This document shows, in pieces, positions 38,702 to 47,424 of a stretch of DNA of 64,000 nt. This DNA is from a virus. The position numbers and the translations under genes are program-made. The notes under the pieces were generated by a model. It saw only the letters and a program-made list of their open reading frames with translations, did no database searches and was not told where the DNA came from. The stretch covers positions 1 to 64,000 of IMG/VR virus record IMGVR_UViG_3300020392_000009, one strand, 5' to 3'. Within the stretch, counting starts at the first letter, position 1. Each line of letters begins with the position of its first letter.

Positions 38702-38950
38702 TTAGAACTCATATGTATCTCCGGCTTGGCCGTAACCTACATTTGTTCCTTCTTTTTGACTTTCCGGAACATTTTCCTCTTCTTTTGCTTTAGGTCTTTT
38801 TAGTTTCACTGCTTCATTTTTATCTTCAGAGGGAAGCCTATTATTATCTGTAAGAGATTGATGTAGTATTTCTTTAACTTCTTTGGCCTTCTCTATGGTC
38901 ATAGAAATGACTCTTTCTTTCTTTGTTACTCTTTCCGGCATATACATCAT
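38702..38950 (-). CDS. hypothetical head-region protein
   Basis: 82 aa coupled ORF. Confidence 0.55.
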   Translation of the reverse strand: MMYMPERVTKKERVISMTIEKAKEVKEILHQSLTDNNRLPSEDKNEAVKLKRPKAKEEENVPESQKEGTNVGYGQAGDTYEF

Positions 38951-39177
38951 CCCATACTGTCTACCATTTTATGAATTTCGCTCCATTCCATGCCACTTAC
39001 TTCTTCCTTAGTATCTATTACTTTCATCGTAGGAGATGGGCTATTTACAACAACAAGACCGGATTTCATTAATAGATTATCGTCATTGTAAACCGTTCTT
39101 TCTAAGTTTTCTATCTTAGCAGTAAGGGCTTTTATTATCTCAAGTAGTTCTTTATTAATTGATTCTTCTTCACTCAT
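38947..39177 (-). CDS. mini-scaffold-like protein
   Basis: Coiled coil; C-terminus MEWSEIHKMV nearly identical to scaffold end MDWSEIHKMV. Confidence 0.6.
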   Translation of the reverse strand: MSEEESINKELLEIIKALTAKIENLERTVYNDDNLLMKSGLVVVNSPSPTMKVIDTKEEVSGMEWSEIHKMVDSMG

Positions 39178-39535
39178 TTTTCTCACCTTTTCTTTTTGGA
39201 TAAACTAAATCTCTAATCTGTCTATAAAGCAGTTCATACTCTTTACGAAGTTTCGTAGCAGTGGCGACTATATCAATATTCCTTTCATCCATAGATTTTA
39301 CTTTTTTATTTAATTTCTTATCAGATTTAGTAAAATCTAATGCGTCAATCATCTCTAGTAAATCACCTAATTTAGTAAAGTCTTGACCAAAAAATTCAGT
39401 TGGTTCAGCCGCTTGTAATGTTTTCTTTAATTTCTTTTTCTGTTTAGGGTTTAAAGAATCTAATATATTTTCAGACTTCTTTTCCTCTTTAGATATATCG
39501 AATGTTTTTCCCTCTTCATAATAATCCCATGTCAT
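39170..39535 (-). CDS. hypothetical head-region protein
   Basis: 121 aa helical ORF. Confidence 0.55.
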   Translation of the reverse strand: MTWDYYEEGKTFDISKEEKKSENILDSLNPKQKKKLKKTLQAAEPTEFFGQDFTKLGDLLEMIDALDFTKSDKKLNKKVKSMDERNIDIVATATKLRKEYELLYRQIRDLVYPKRKGEKNE

Positions 39536-39539
39536 TTTA

Positions 39540-41243
39540 TCAATCCCTTTTTTCTAACATATTTCTAACTATATTTATCTGTTCCTGTAAAGAATCAAAT
39601 CTAGTATTTACTCTGTCTACTAAATCTCCAATAAGTCTAACTTCTTTAGGGGTAGTATCTCCTATTCCTGCTCCTACTTTTCCATATATATTCAGGTCTA
39701 GACTTACACTCTTTTCGGCGTTTCCTATCCACTCTTCTAGAGATTGTTCGTTTTCTTTGTTTAGTTGTCTTAATATTCTGTCTATTTCCTTTACTCCCTG
39801 TGCGGCAAGTTTTACTTTATTACCTAATGTCACTTGGGCTTGGAAGATTTCTTGGTCACCTGTATATTCTCCAATTAGACCCCTAGCGTCACGAAATAGT
39901 GGCCTATATTTTTCTACGGTTTTTAATTTAGTTTCTATTTCTGCAAGTCTTTGTTTTTCTATTTCTAACTGACCTTCTATTTCTTTTTGAATGTCTTTTC
40001 TTGCTTCCTGTAATATTTCCGGCTGTGCAGACTGAAGTTCTTCCAACATATCTTCTATTTGTTTTTTGGTTAATCTTCTAGAAATATTTCCCAATTTTAC
40101 TCTAACTGCTCCCTCGGCCTCTTCGACTAACTGTCGTCTTGGGTCTGATTTTCTCAACTCCCTTCTTTTCTTGGCATCTCTTTTGTATCTCTCTAATCTA
40201 GCAGTTTCTTTTTTTCTTTCTCGTTCAATGCTTTCTGCTATTCTTCGTTGCTGTTCTTCTTCTTCAGGAGTTTTATCCCTCTTAGGTTTTTTATCAAGGG
40301 CTTCTCTAAACTTACTATCATCTACTAATGCCCTATCTGTATCATCGGAAGCAATATCCGGTAGTCTTTGTGCTACATATTCAGCAATTTTTCTTTGAAC
40401 AGTAGAATAGGCTAAGGTCAGAGCCTTCATTCTTCTTTCAATTAGTATTTCTAAGTCAGCATCCTTTAGAGTATCTAAATCATCAATCTGTTTAGTTAGT
40501 AATTCTTTAGCACTCATAAGTTCACTAAAAGCAAACATGCTTCTATTTAACGACTTAAGCATGTCCTGTTGTATTTCCTTCTGTCTTACTATTCCACCGG
40601 TAGGGTCGCCAATAACTATGGAACTAATCAGTCTATTCAGTTGTTGCCTACTTCTAGGTTTATCAATTAAAGAAGGAGGTATTTCACCGCTAAATCTTCT
40701 AGTATATAGCCCCTGTAAAAAAGTTAGAAAATCTTCGTCTGCACCTAGTTCGATATATTCCCGTTGTAGTTTTTTAACATCTACTAATTCAGAACTATCT
40801 CCTTCCCCTAATCTAAACTTTCCATTGATGATAAATTCTTCATAAGGTTGCTCCATCAAAAGATTTCTTCTACTCTGTAAAAACACCAATTTGTCGATAA
40901 TGATATTTATATTGGCCTTACTTATTTTCTTGAAAGTATTTCTAGACATTATATCATAAACGCCATCTTCTACTGTTCCTCTTTCTTTTATATCTTTCAT
41001 GTCTTGTAGATATTGATTAAGAACTCTAATATCTCTAGCAGGTTTTCTTCTCCGCTTTTTAGCCATATCGGTTTTTAGCCTTTCAGCCGCTTCCTCTACC
41101 TCAGTCTGTCTAGTTCTATCTTCTAGAGGGTCGAGTCCCTCACTAAAATTTTCTTCTAATTTTTTATCTTCTTCTAAGTCTCTTGCTATTTCGTCAGGTA
41201 TGGAGTCATCATCCTCATCTTCCTGTTTGAAAAACAAAGTCAT
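39540..41243 (-). CDS. large helical/coiled-coil head-region protein
   Basis: 567 aa, E/R/K-rich; GGGTGA RBS. Confidence 0.6.
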   Translation of the reverse strand: MTLFFKQEDEDDDSIPDEIARDLEEDKKLEENFSEGLDPLEDRTRQTEVEEAAERLKTDMAKKRRRKPARDIRVLNQYLQDMKDIKERGTVEDGVYDIMSRNTFKKISKANINIIIDKLVFLQSRRNLLMEQPYEEFIINGKFRLGEGDSSELVDVKKLQREYIELGADEDFLTFLQGLYTRRFSGEIPPSLIDKPRSRQQLNRLISSIVIGDPTGGIVRQKEIQQDMLKSLNRSMFAFSELMSAKELLTKQIDDLDTLKDADLEILIERRMKALTLAYSTVQRKIAEYVAQRLPDIASDDTDRALVDDSKFREALDKKPKRDKTPEEEEQQRRIAESIERERKKETARLERYKRDAKKRRELRKSDPRRQLVEEAEGAVRVKLGNISRRLTKKQIEDMLEELQSAQPEILQEARKDIQKEIEGQLEIEKQRLAEIETKLKTVEKYRPLFRDARGLIGEYTGDQEIFQAQVTLGNKVKLAAQGVKEIDRILRQLNKENEQSLEEWIGNAEKSVSLDLNIYGKVGAGIGDTTPKEVRLIGDLVDRVNTRFDSLQEQINIVRNMLEKRD

Positions 41244-41252
41244 CTAATCACC

Positions 41253-41477
41253 CTAGAATGGAATATTTTCTTTTTTTCCTCTCTGTTTAGGTGGAAGAGT
41301 TATCACATCGGGGATATCCGCACTACTAGGCCTTGATTTTGGTGTAGTGTCTTTTGGCAGTCCTACACTAAAATCTCTATTTTTAGTAGTCTTTCTACTT
41401 TCGTTATTATTAGCGGCTCTTACCTGTGCCAACTCTTTTCTTAGTCTTATTTCTTTTTGTCTATTATCTTCGGTCAT
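41253..41477 (-). CDS. hypothetical protein
   Basis: 74 aa, ATGA-coupled to portal. Confidence 0.55.
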   Translation of the reverse strand: MTEDNRQKEIRLRKELAQVRAANNNESRKTTKNRDFSVGLPKDTTPKSRPSSADIPDVITLPPKQRGKKENIPF

Positions 41478-43108
41478 GGTATTCTCCTCTCACTTCTTCT
41501 ATCTACATTTTGATTGCCAGCATCTTCGGGTAATCCTGTTAGTCGCTTATCCGGCCCTACACTCATAGAAGGTTTATTTCTTGTGGTTGCTGGATTTTCT
41601 TGTTTCTTTGAACCTTGTAATTGTTGTTCTTGCATTTGCCCCAATTGGCTTGCATCAATATTAGTTCCCGCATAAGGGTCTAATTCGACTTCATCTTCAC
41701 TAGAACCTTCTTGTGGAGGTTCTTCAACAGGTTCAGGCTTTTTGAAAGTAAAGTTTCCATCTTCATCCATTTCAACTTCAAAACCTAGATTCTTAGTAGA
41801 GGCCGCAATATTAACTTCGATTTCTCTTTTTCTTAATACTGCTATTTCATCTTCTTCTTCGCTCGGTGGTAGTTTTAGATTCCAGTCAGTAATGCCAAAT
41901 TGCTTAACTAAAAATGGAAATACATAATTGTTGTAAACATTCTGTGCCATTTGAACGGCTCTATTAGTTACTAATATCTGCATACCCTCATTATTCAATC
42001 CGCCACTAGTAGTATTATCTGCCATAAACACTTTACTAACCCCAAAGAAAGCAGAAATTCTATCTCTTAAATCATCCTTAACAGAAACATACTCCATTTC
42101 TTTTAGACTATCCATAAATTTAATCCATTCTACTGAACCTTTACCTTCTGCTTCTATACCCATAATAGGAATAAAGTGAGGGTCTTGTTCCATCTTTTCT
42201 TTTACGGCTTTCCAAAAAGATTGCATGGAGTCCATGTTTCTAGTTTGAACTGCTAATAATCCTCTAGGCATACGGCTCTTAGTGTAAGATGAATTAACAT
42301 AGTTCTCCATAGCAATAAGAGTCATTATATTATTAAATAAAGTAACAATAGGAGACTGACCATATAATCTAGAAGGACTATATTTACTAAAATGTAATAC
42401 TTCTCCTTTCAAGAAATACTGTTCTTCTCCAGTTGCCCTATTAACATAATGAACAGGGAATGTCTTAGCACCACACTGTTCACAAGGAACATGAGCGTCT
42501 TTTGAGAAAAATTCTCTATGATTAACACAAGTAAAAGCACTATTTCCTCTTTCTCCATATTCATCAGTGTAGATATACATTGTTGCAGGGTCGCCACGAT
42601 ATACTTCTTTGATTCGATGCATTCTAATATCACCATTACCATCTAAAAAGTATTCTTTTACCAATACGATGTAAGCGTCATCCATAACATTTAGGTCATC
42701 CTCTAATTGTTTTAGCACATCAATAAACAACTGCTCTGATTTATTGACATATCCCTCAATAAACTCCTCTGCATATTTTAGTTGGTCTACATCCGGAACT
42801 TTTAGTTTTTCACTACCACATCTAGAACATTCAGAGACAGGCCTTTGGTGTTTCTTTTTACAGTTTAAACACATAGCCTCGTATGCCTTTTCCCAAACAT
42901 ACCCTCTACGAAATATCTCTTGCTTTAATTGAGTAATACAGGTTCTAACAATTACCGACTGATTTACTATGTGGTAAATTAAAGGGGCAGTCATATGATA
43001 GGTATTTGGCCTCTCTTGTATTCCTATATTGTAGATTTGCCTATCAGCAGGTTTAGGAGTAGTTCTTCTAAATAAATTCCTAATTGAGAATCGTCTTTGC
43101 TCAACCAT
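41474..43108 (-). CDS. portal protein with two Zn-finger insertions
   Basis: EVLHF..YSPSRLYGQSPI, MPRGLL, RISAFFGVS portal motifs; CLNC..CSRC and CVNH..CEQC. Confidence 0.88.
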   Translation of the reverse strand: MVEQRRFSIRNLFRRTTPKPADRQIYNIGIQERPNTYHMTAPLIYHIVNQSVIVRTCITQLKQEIFRRGYVWEKAYEAMCLNCKKKHQRPVSECSRCGSEKLKVPDVDQLKYAEEFIEGYVNKSEQLFIDVLKQLEDDLNVMDDAYIVLVKEYFLDGNGDIRMHRIKEVYRGDPATMYIYTDEYGERGNSAFTCVNHREFFSKDAHVPCEQCGAKTFPVHYVNRATGEEQYFLKGEVLHFSKYSPSRLYGQSPIVTLFNNIMTLIAMENYVNSSYTKSRMPRGLLAVQTRNMDSMQSFWKAVKEKMEQDPHFIPIMGIEAEGKGSVEWIKFMDSLKEMEYVSVKDDLRDRISAFFGVSKVFMADNTTSGGLNNEGMQILVTNRAVQMAQNVYNNYVFPFLVKQFGITDWNLKLPPSEEEDEIAVLRKREIEVNIAASTKNLGFEVEMDEDGNFTFKKPEPVEEPPQEGSSEDEVELDPYAGTNIDASQLGQMQEQQLQGSKKQENPATTRNKPSMSVGPDKRLTGLPEDAGNQNVDRRSERRIP

Positions 43109-43160
43109 ATAACCTACCCCTAATCATTCTCAATCTACTACACATTATAGTATCTTTGGC

Positions 43161-43499
43161 TCAACTTCCCTTTCGCCACTTTTTATTTTTCTTTTCTTTT
43201 GTTTTTCTAGGACTCCATTTTACTTTATCAGCCCAATAAGCCGCAGACATTTTACCCCTCTTAATATTCTTTTTATGTCTACTTTTGAAAGCCCTTCGCT
43301 GTCCTGCGGTTTGATTTGTTTTTACTCCTTGTTGCCCAAACCTAATTGTTTTTACTTTATCACCATCTTTTACAACAACAATGTGAGATTTACTTGGGTG
43401 TTTTGGAGTTCTTTTTGGCTTGCTGAATCCACTTACTCCGGCTCTAGCAAGAGCAGGATGTTTCTTCTTCTTCTTGAGAATATCCATCCAATTACTCAT
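43161..43499 (-). CDS. basic tagged protein (DUF6321-like)
   Basis: MSNWMDILK tag; KTIRFGQQG..RRAFKSRH..SAAYWA..KW. Confidence 0.6.
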   Translation of the reverse strand: MSNWMDILKKKKKHPALARAGVSGFSKPKRTPKHPSKSHIVVVKDGDKVKTIRFGQQGVKTNQTAGQRRAFKSRHKKNIKRGKMSAAYWADKVKWSPRKTKEKKNKKWRKGS

Positions 43500-44064
43500 A
43501 AGCATCACCTAACATATATCCTATTTTTTTTCCCGCCTCTATATCGCTTGGATAGTGGCTTCCCATCTGTATTCTAGATAATGATATTCTATCAGCCATT
43601 TGTTTTAATTGTTTCTTCTTTTCTGGAAACTTTCTACCTAATACTCTTTCTAGCCCATGTGCTAGCATAGAGTGACCACTAGGAAAAGCAGGAGTATCAT
43701 CAGTTGTTGTTTTTGTTGAGGATATTTTATCACTTACTTGATATGGTCTAGGCCTCATATACTTCATTTTTTCAGTAATAGCGTAGTGATTCACATCTAA
43801 CATAAAATCTTTATAATCTTCTTTGTTTGCTTTAACAATTTTAAACATCTCTACATCGGGTTTTAAATCAGCATCCTTCATTTCTTTTGGTTCAAGTTTC
43901 TTTTCTTTCATAACCTTTAGAACTTCGGGTATTTCTTTTTCTTCTTTAGGGTAACTCATTTCGGGTATCTTTATTTTTATTGATGGATTTCTCTGTAGTG
44001 ATTCTTTTCTATTAGCGGCAAGTTTTCCTTGCCACTTTCTTTTGAGAATATCCATCCAACTCAT
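43492..44064 (-). CDS. PAP2-family phosphatase (soluble), tagged
   Basis: KxxxxRPRP, FPSGH, SRIQMGSHYPSD; starts MSWMDILK. Confidence 0.85.
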   Translation of the reverse strand: MSWMDILKRKWQGKLAANRKESLQRNPSIKIKIPEMSYPKEEKEIPEVLKVMKEKKLEPKEMKDADLKPDVEMFKIVKANKEDYKDFMLDVNHYAITEKMKYMRPRPYQVSDKISSTKTTTDDTPAFPSGHSMLAHGLERVLGRKFPEKKKQLKQMADRISLSRIQMGSHYPSDIEAGKKIGYMLGDAYE

Positions 44065-44402
44065 GCTTTCATCCTCTTTGTTTTTTCTTTGCTTGATTTT
44101 TTTCTTGCTAGTGCTACTTTATGTGCCGCATTTAATCTCTTTTTTGCTTCGGGGTCTTTAGCCCTTCTAGCCGCAACCCTCGCTCGTTGCTCTACTAAAT
44201 TAATTATTTGTGATTGCCTCTTGTGAGGTTTATCCTTAAACGCAGAACTTGAGAAAGTTTCTCTTACATCTTGTGCTGTTCTAAATTTAACAGGAACAGT
44301 ATCTTTTGGATTCTCATCTGTATATAATCTTCTAGCAGAACCTTTTGGTTTTTTACCCGTTCCTTTCTTTGGGTCTTTCTTTATAATATCTTGCCAACTC
44401 AT
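44061..44402 (-). CDS. basic tagged protein
   Basis: MSWQDIIK; GTGKKPKGS.RRLYTDENPKDTV body. Confidence 0.65.
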   Translation of the reverse strand: MSWQDIIKKDPKKGTGKKPKGSARRLYTDENPKDTVPVKFRTAQDVRETFSSSAFKDKPHKRQSQIINLVEQRARVAARRAKDPEAKKRLNAAHKVALARKKSSKEKTKRMKA

Positions 44403-44944
44403 TACAATTTTTCCCTCTTTTCTTTTTCTCTTTTCTCTTTAATTTTTTGGTATCTTTTCCTATCATATTCTATTTTTCTTTCTCTAACTTCCGGCCTTTG
44501 GGTATATTCCTTGTCATATGCAACTTTTTTTGCTCTAACTTCTGGTTTTTGAACATATTCTCTTCTTCTTTGTTTAACTGATTTTTTCCATAGTTCTTCT
44601 AAATTGTTAATTAATTCTTGATACCTTTTCCCTTCGGCAATACTCATTAGTCTATAAAATTCTTGTTCAGTAATGTTATTTATAAATTTTCCAATACTTA
44701 TTGCTTGCATAAGACCTTTTGACGCTTTAATGTTTTTACTATCTTCTCTTGGAATATTAAATACATCTGATAAAAATAATTGAAAGTTGTTAATTTGTCG
44801 ATTAGACTTAAGAATATCTTTCCAACTCTTTTTTACATAGCCACTAGCATAAGCCGCTTGAGCGACTTGAACTGCCTTTTTTCTTGTTTTAAATGGCCCT
44901 CTTGAACCCCAATAATAGCCATCTTTCTTTTTAGTAATAGGCAT
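44402..44944 (-). CDS. basic protein with internal tag
   Basis: MPITKKKDGYYWG..AYASGY module, then VKKSWKDILKS, then Y.Q.PEVR repeats. Confidence 0.6.
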   Translation of the reverse strand: MPITKKKDGYYWGSRGPFKTRKKAVQVAQAAYASGYVKKSWKDILKSNRQINNFQLFLSDVFNIPREDSKNIKASKGLMQAISIGKFINNITEQEFYRLMSIAEGKRYQELINNLEELWKKSVKQRRREYVQKPEVRAKKVAYDKEYTQRPEVRERKIEYDRKRYQKIKEKREKEKREKL

Positions 44945-44945
44945 A

Positions 44946-45434
44946 TTATCTACCCCTATCAAAAGATTGTTCTAAATCTTTAGCATATCTAAGCATATTT
45001 CTACCTTCTCTAATTCTTTTTCTACTACCAGTCATTAATAACTCTCCAGTTAATTTCATCATCTTTATTGTTTTTTGAAACATGGCTTCTATTCCTTCAT
45101 CTAATTTATCGGAATATTTTCTACGCCGTGTATATTTTCCCCTTTCAAAATCTTTTAAGACATTTTCAACTATTTTATTTGTAATTCCTTGTTGTAGGCT
45201 ACCCTGTGATAATTCAAACCATCTACCGTCAGCGTAAAATTCAGCAAGAAAATTATAATACTCTTCAAATTTTTCCTGTGGAACTTGTATCGGTATTGAA
45301 GAAAGATTCTGTGGTTTAGATGTAAAGACATTACCTATATTTTGTTTAGTCCCTTTTCTTTGTAACCAAAGATTAGCATTAGTGGCCATTCTGCCAACTA
45401 TTGCTGTTTGTTTGATTACATTTAGCCAAGACAT
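44946..45434 (-). CDS. tagged hypothetical protein
   Basis: Starts MSWLNVIK. Confidence 0.6.
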   Translation of the reverse strand: MSWLNVIKQTAIVGRMATNANLWLQRKGTKQNIGNVFTSKPQNLSSIPIQVPQEKFEEYYNFLAEFYADGRWFELSQGSLQQGITNKIVENVLKDFERGKYTRRRKYSDKLDEGIEAMFQKTIKMMKLTGELLMTGSRKRIREGRNMLRYAKDLEQSFDRGR

Positions 45435-45439
45435 TTTAA

Positions 45440-45724
45440 TCACTTTTGACTAAACTTCTTTCCTGTTGGAACATGCTGTTTTCCCTTCTTTCGGCCTTTT
45501 CTTTTCTTAGCATCTTGATACCTTAGAGTTTTTTTATCTGTTCTTTTGTAGGTCGCTCTCGGCATGTATCTTCCTTTGGTCTTTGATTTAGGTTTTTTAC
45601 CCTTATCTTTGGCTCTATGTTGTTCAGCACTTCCCCAATCCTCATCAGTCCATGTGGATAAATCCCGTTGCCTTTTCGATTTTGCTTTTAGGATATTACG
45701 CCAATTAATTCTTATAGCCACCAC
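45440..45724 (-). CDS. basic tagged protein (C-terminal DUF5872-like part)
   Basis: NWRNILK; QRDLSTWTDEDW...GRYMP; GTG start uncertain (45721/45724). Confidence 0.55.
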   Translation of the reverse strand: MVAIRINWRNILKAKSKRQRDLSTWTDEDWGSAEQHRAKDKGKKPKSKTKGRYMPRATYKRTDKKTLRYQDAKKRKGRKKGKQHVPTGKKFSQK

Positions 45725-45917
45725 CAGCCCTTTTATATGCTTGAGCCAACATTTGTGCTTTTCTTGCAGACCATTGACCTGCTGCACCACCCTTAGTTCC
45801 TCTTTTTATTCTATTGAATATTCTTTTACGCATAGCGGGTTTAGTATAATTACCCGACTGATTAACAGTTGATTTTCGCTTTTTCTTTTTCTTTTTCAAT
45901 ATATCTTGCCAACTCAT
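45705..45917 (-). CDS. basic tagged protein (N-terminal DUF5872-like part)
   Basis: MSWQDILK; NYTKP.MRK...GQWSARKAQMLA.AYK..GGGYK. Confidence 0.65.
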   Translation of the reverse strand: MSWQDILKKKKKKRKSTVNQSGNYTKPAMRKRIFNRIKRGTKGGAAGQWSARKAQMLAQAYKRAGGGYKN

Positions 45918-46060
45918 TTCTTCATCCCCTTTGGCTTATCTGCCTGTTCCCAACATCTTCTACAAAAACCAAATGGGTGAACATCTCTTGTCATATAACA
46001 TCTACCGCAGTATTTGAAATTAAGTTTCTGCTTCTTAATTACCCACTCTTTAGTATTCAA
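45914..46060 (-). CDS. small Zn-finger protein (48 aa)
   Basis: Read by hand: ...YCGRC...FCRRCW...; coupled on both sides (TTGA, ATGA). Confidence 0.55.
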   Translation of the reverse strand: MNTKEWVIKKQKLNFKYCGRCYMTRDVHPFGFCRRCWEQADKPKGMKK

Positions 46061-47415
46061 GCCAGTATTCCTCCTACATTTTCTAGTTCATCCATCACTG
46101 ACATTTTACAATTGTCTTTGTATTTCTGTATATCATCCAAGTATATTCCTTCTTTTAGCCAATCAAAACCAACATGGTCTTTATGATTCTCCCACTTCAT
46201 TAATTTAAAGATTTCATCACAACGGCTCTTATACCAATCAGCCTTCTTGTAAGATTTCTTCATTCTAATTAATTCTAACAAAAGTTCTGCATTACCCTTC
46301 TTTAATCTAAAGTGAGGCAGACATTTTGTTAGAAGTTCACTAACATCTGCTTGAGAATAAAAGTTTAAGCGATTAATTAATCTAGTGTCTTGAGGAGATT
46401 TTTGGTCTAGGTGCATACGACCAAATCCTATTGACTTGTGCATTTCTTTCATGAATACCTTTCCTCTTTCTCCAGTAGCAACTAGCCCAACTCTAGGATT
46501 CATATTTCTATCTAAAGTAATATAGCCATCCGAATCAATAAATGCGGCAGTATAAGCCCAAATATTCTTTTTGATAAGAGATGGAACTTTGTAGTAAGAA
46601 CCATTATGTGAAGCAACCTCTAACTTTCTTATTGTCTTAGAAATCATATTTGGGTTTGTTATGTTAAACATATCAACAGGCATCTTTTCATGTATGCCTT
46701 TAGCGGTAATGCCTTGATGTTTTGTTATAGTATTTTCAATAAACTCTAGTTGTCTTTCTTTTTTGCTTTTGTTTAGGGTCTGAGTCTTGACTGCTTTAAG
46801 ACACTCCCTAAATTCTTTTTTTGCTTGCGACATTTCCTTAGATAATTTACTATATTCTTTTGAATAAGCCATTCCTTCTCTATCTAATTCAGCCTCCCAG
46901 TATTTACAAAGCGAATCTACTATGCCTCTTCTAGACTTAATATCTTTCATTTTATTTAGTCTCGATAAATCTTTTTCAGTGAATCTCATTTTCCTAAAAG
47001 GTTGTTTGTAAGGTGCTAACCAAAAGATACTATCAATTGATTTCTCTAAATGCTCACTATAAGCATCTATTACTACATCAATGGCCTTAGACATATTTTC
47101 TCTAAGACTCCCCTTTAATTCTCTACGATTATTTCTCATTTTTTTAACAAGTTCTGGGACAGTTTGTTCATGAATAATATATTGTTTTGGAAAGACATCT
47201 AGCATCTTTCTTGCTTCACTGGCATTAATAGAATATGTTTTAGAAACCAGTGCCAATTCATCCACTTCTGACATTACATAATCCTTTGATACTAAACTCT
47301 TAATTGTTATACTTTCAGGTAAATTACTTACAATTTTACCCTCTTCTTCATTCAGTTCTTTTAGTCTACCAAACTGTTCTTCGGCTTCTTCTAGTTCTTC
47401 GACTGTTAGATTCAT
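46057..47415 (-). CDS. protein with C-terminal LAGLIDADG endonuclease domain
   Basis: AYTAAFIDSDGYI, LLTKCLPHFRLKK; about 280 aa helical N-terminal region. Confidence 0.8.
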   Translation of the reverse strand: MNLTVEELEEAEEQFGRLKELNEEEGKIVSNLPESITIKSLVSKDYVMSEVDELALVSKTYSINASEARKMLDVFPKQYIIHEQTVPELVKKMRNNRRELKGSLRENMSKAIDVVIDAYSEHLEKSIDSIFWLAPYKQPFRKMRFTEKDLSRLNKMKDIKSRRGIVDSLCKYWEAELDREGMAYSKEYSKLSKEMSQAKKEFRECLKAVKTQTLNKSKKERQLEFIENTITKHQGITAKGIHEKMPVDMFNITNPNMISKTIRKLEVASHNGSYYKVPSLIKKNIWAYTAAFIDSDGYITLDRNMNPRVGLVATGERGKVFMKEMHKSIGFGRMHLDQKSPQDTRLINRLNFYSQADVSELLTKCLPHFRLKKGNAELLLELIRMKKSYKKADWYKSRCDEIFKLMKWENHKDHVGFDWLKEGIYLDDIQKYKDNCKMSVMDELENVGGILA

Positions 47416-47424
47416 ATTTATTCC

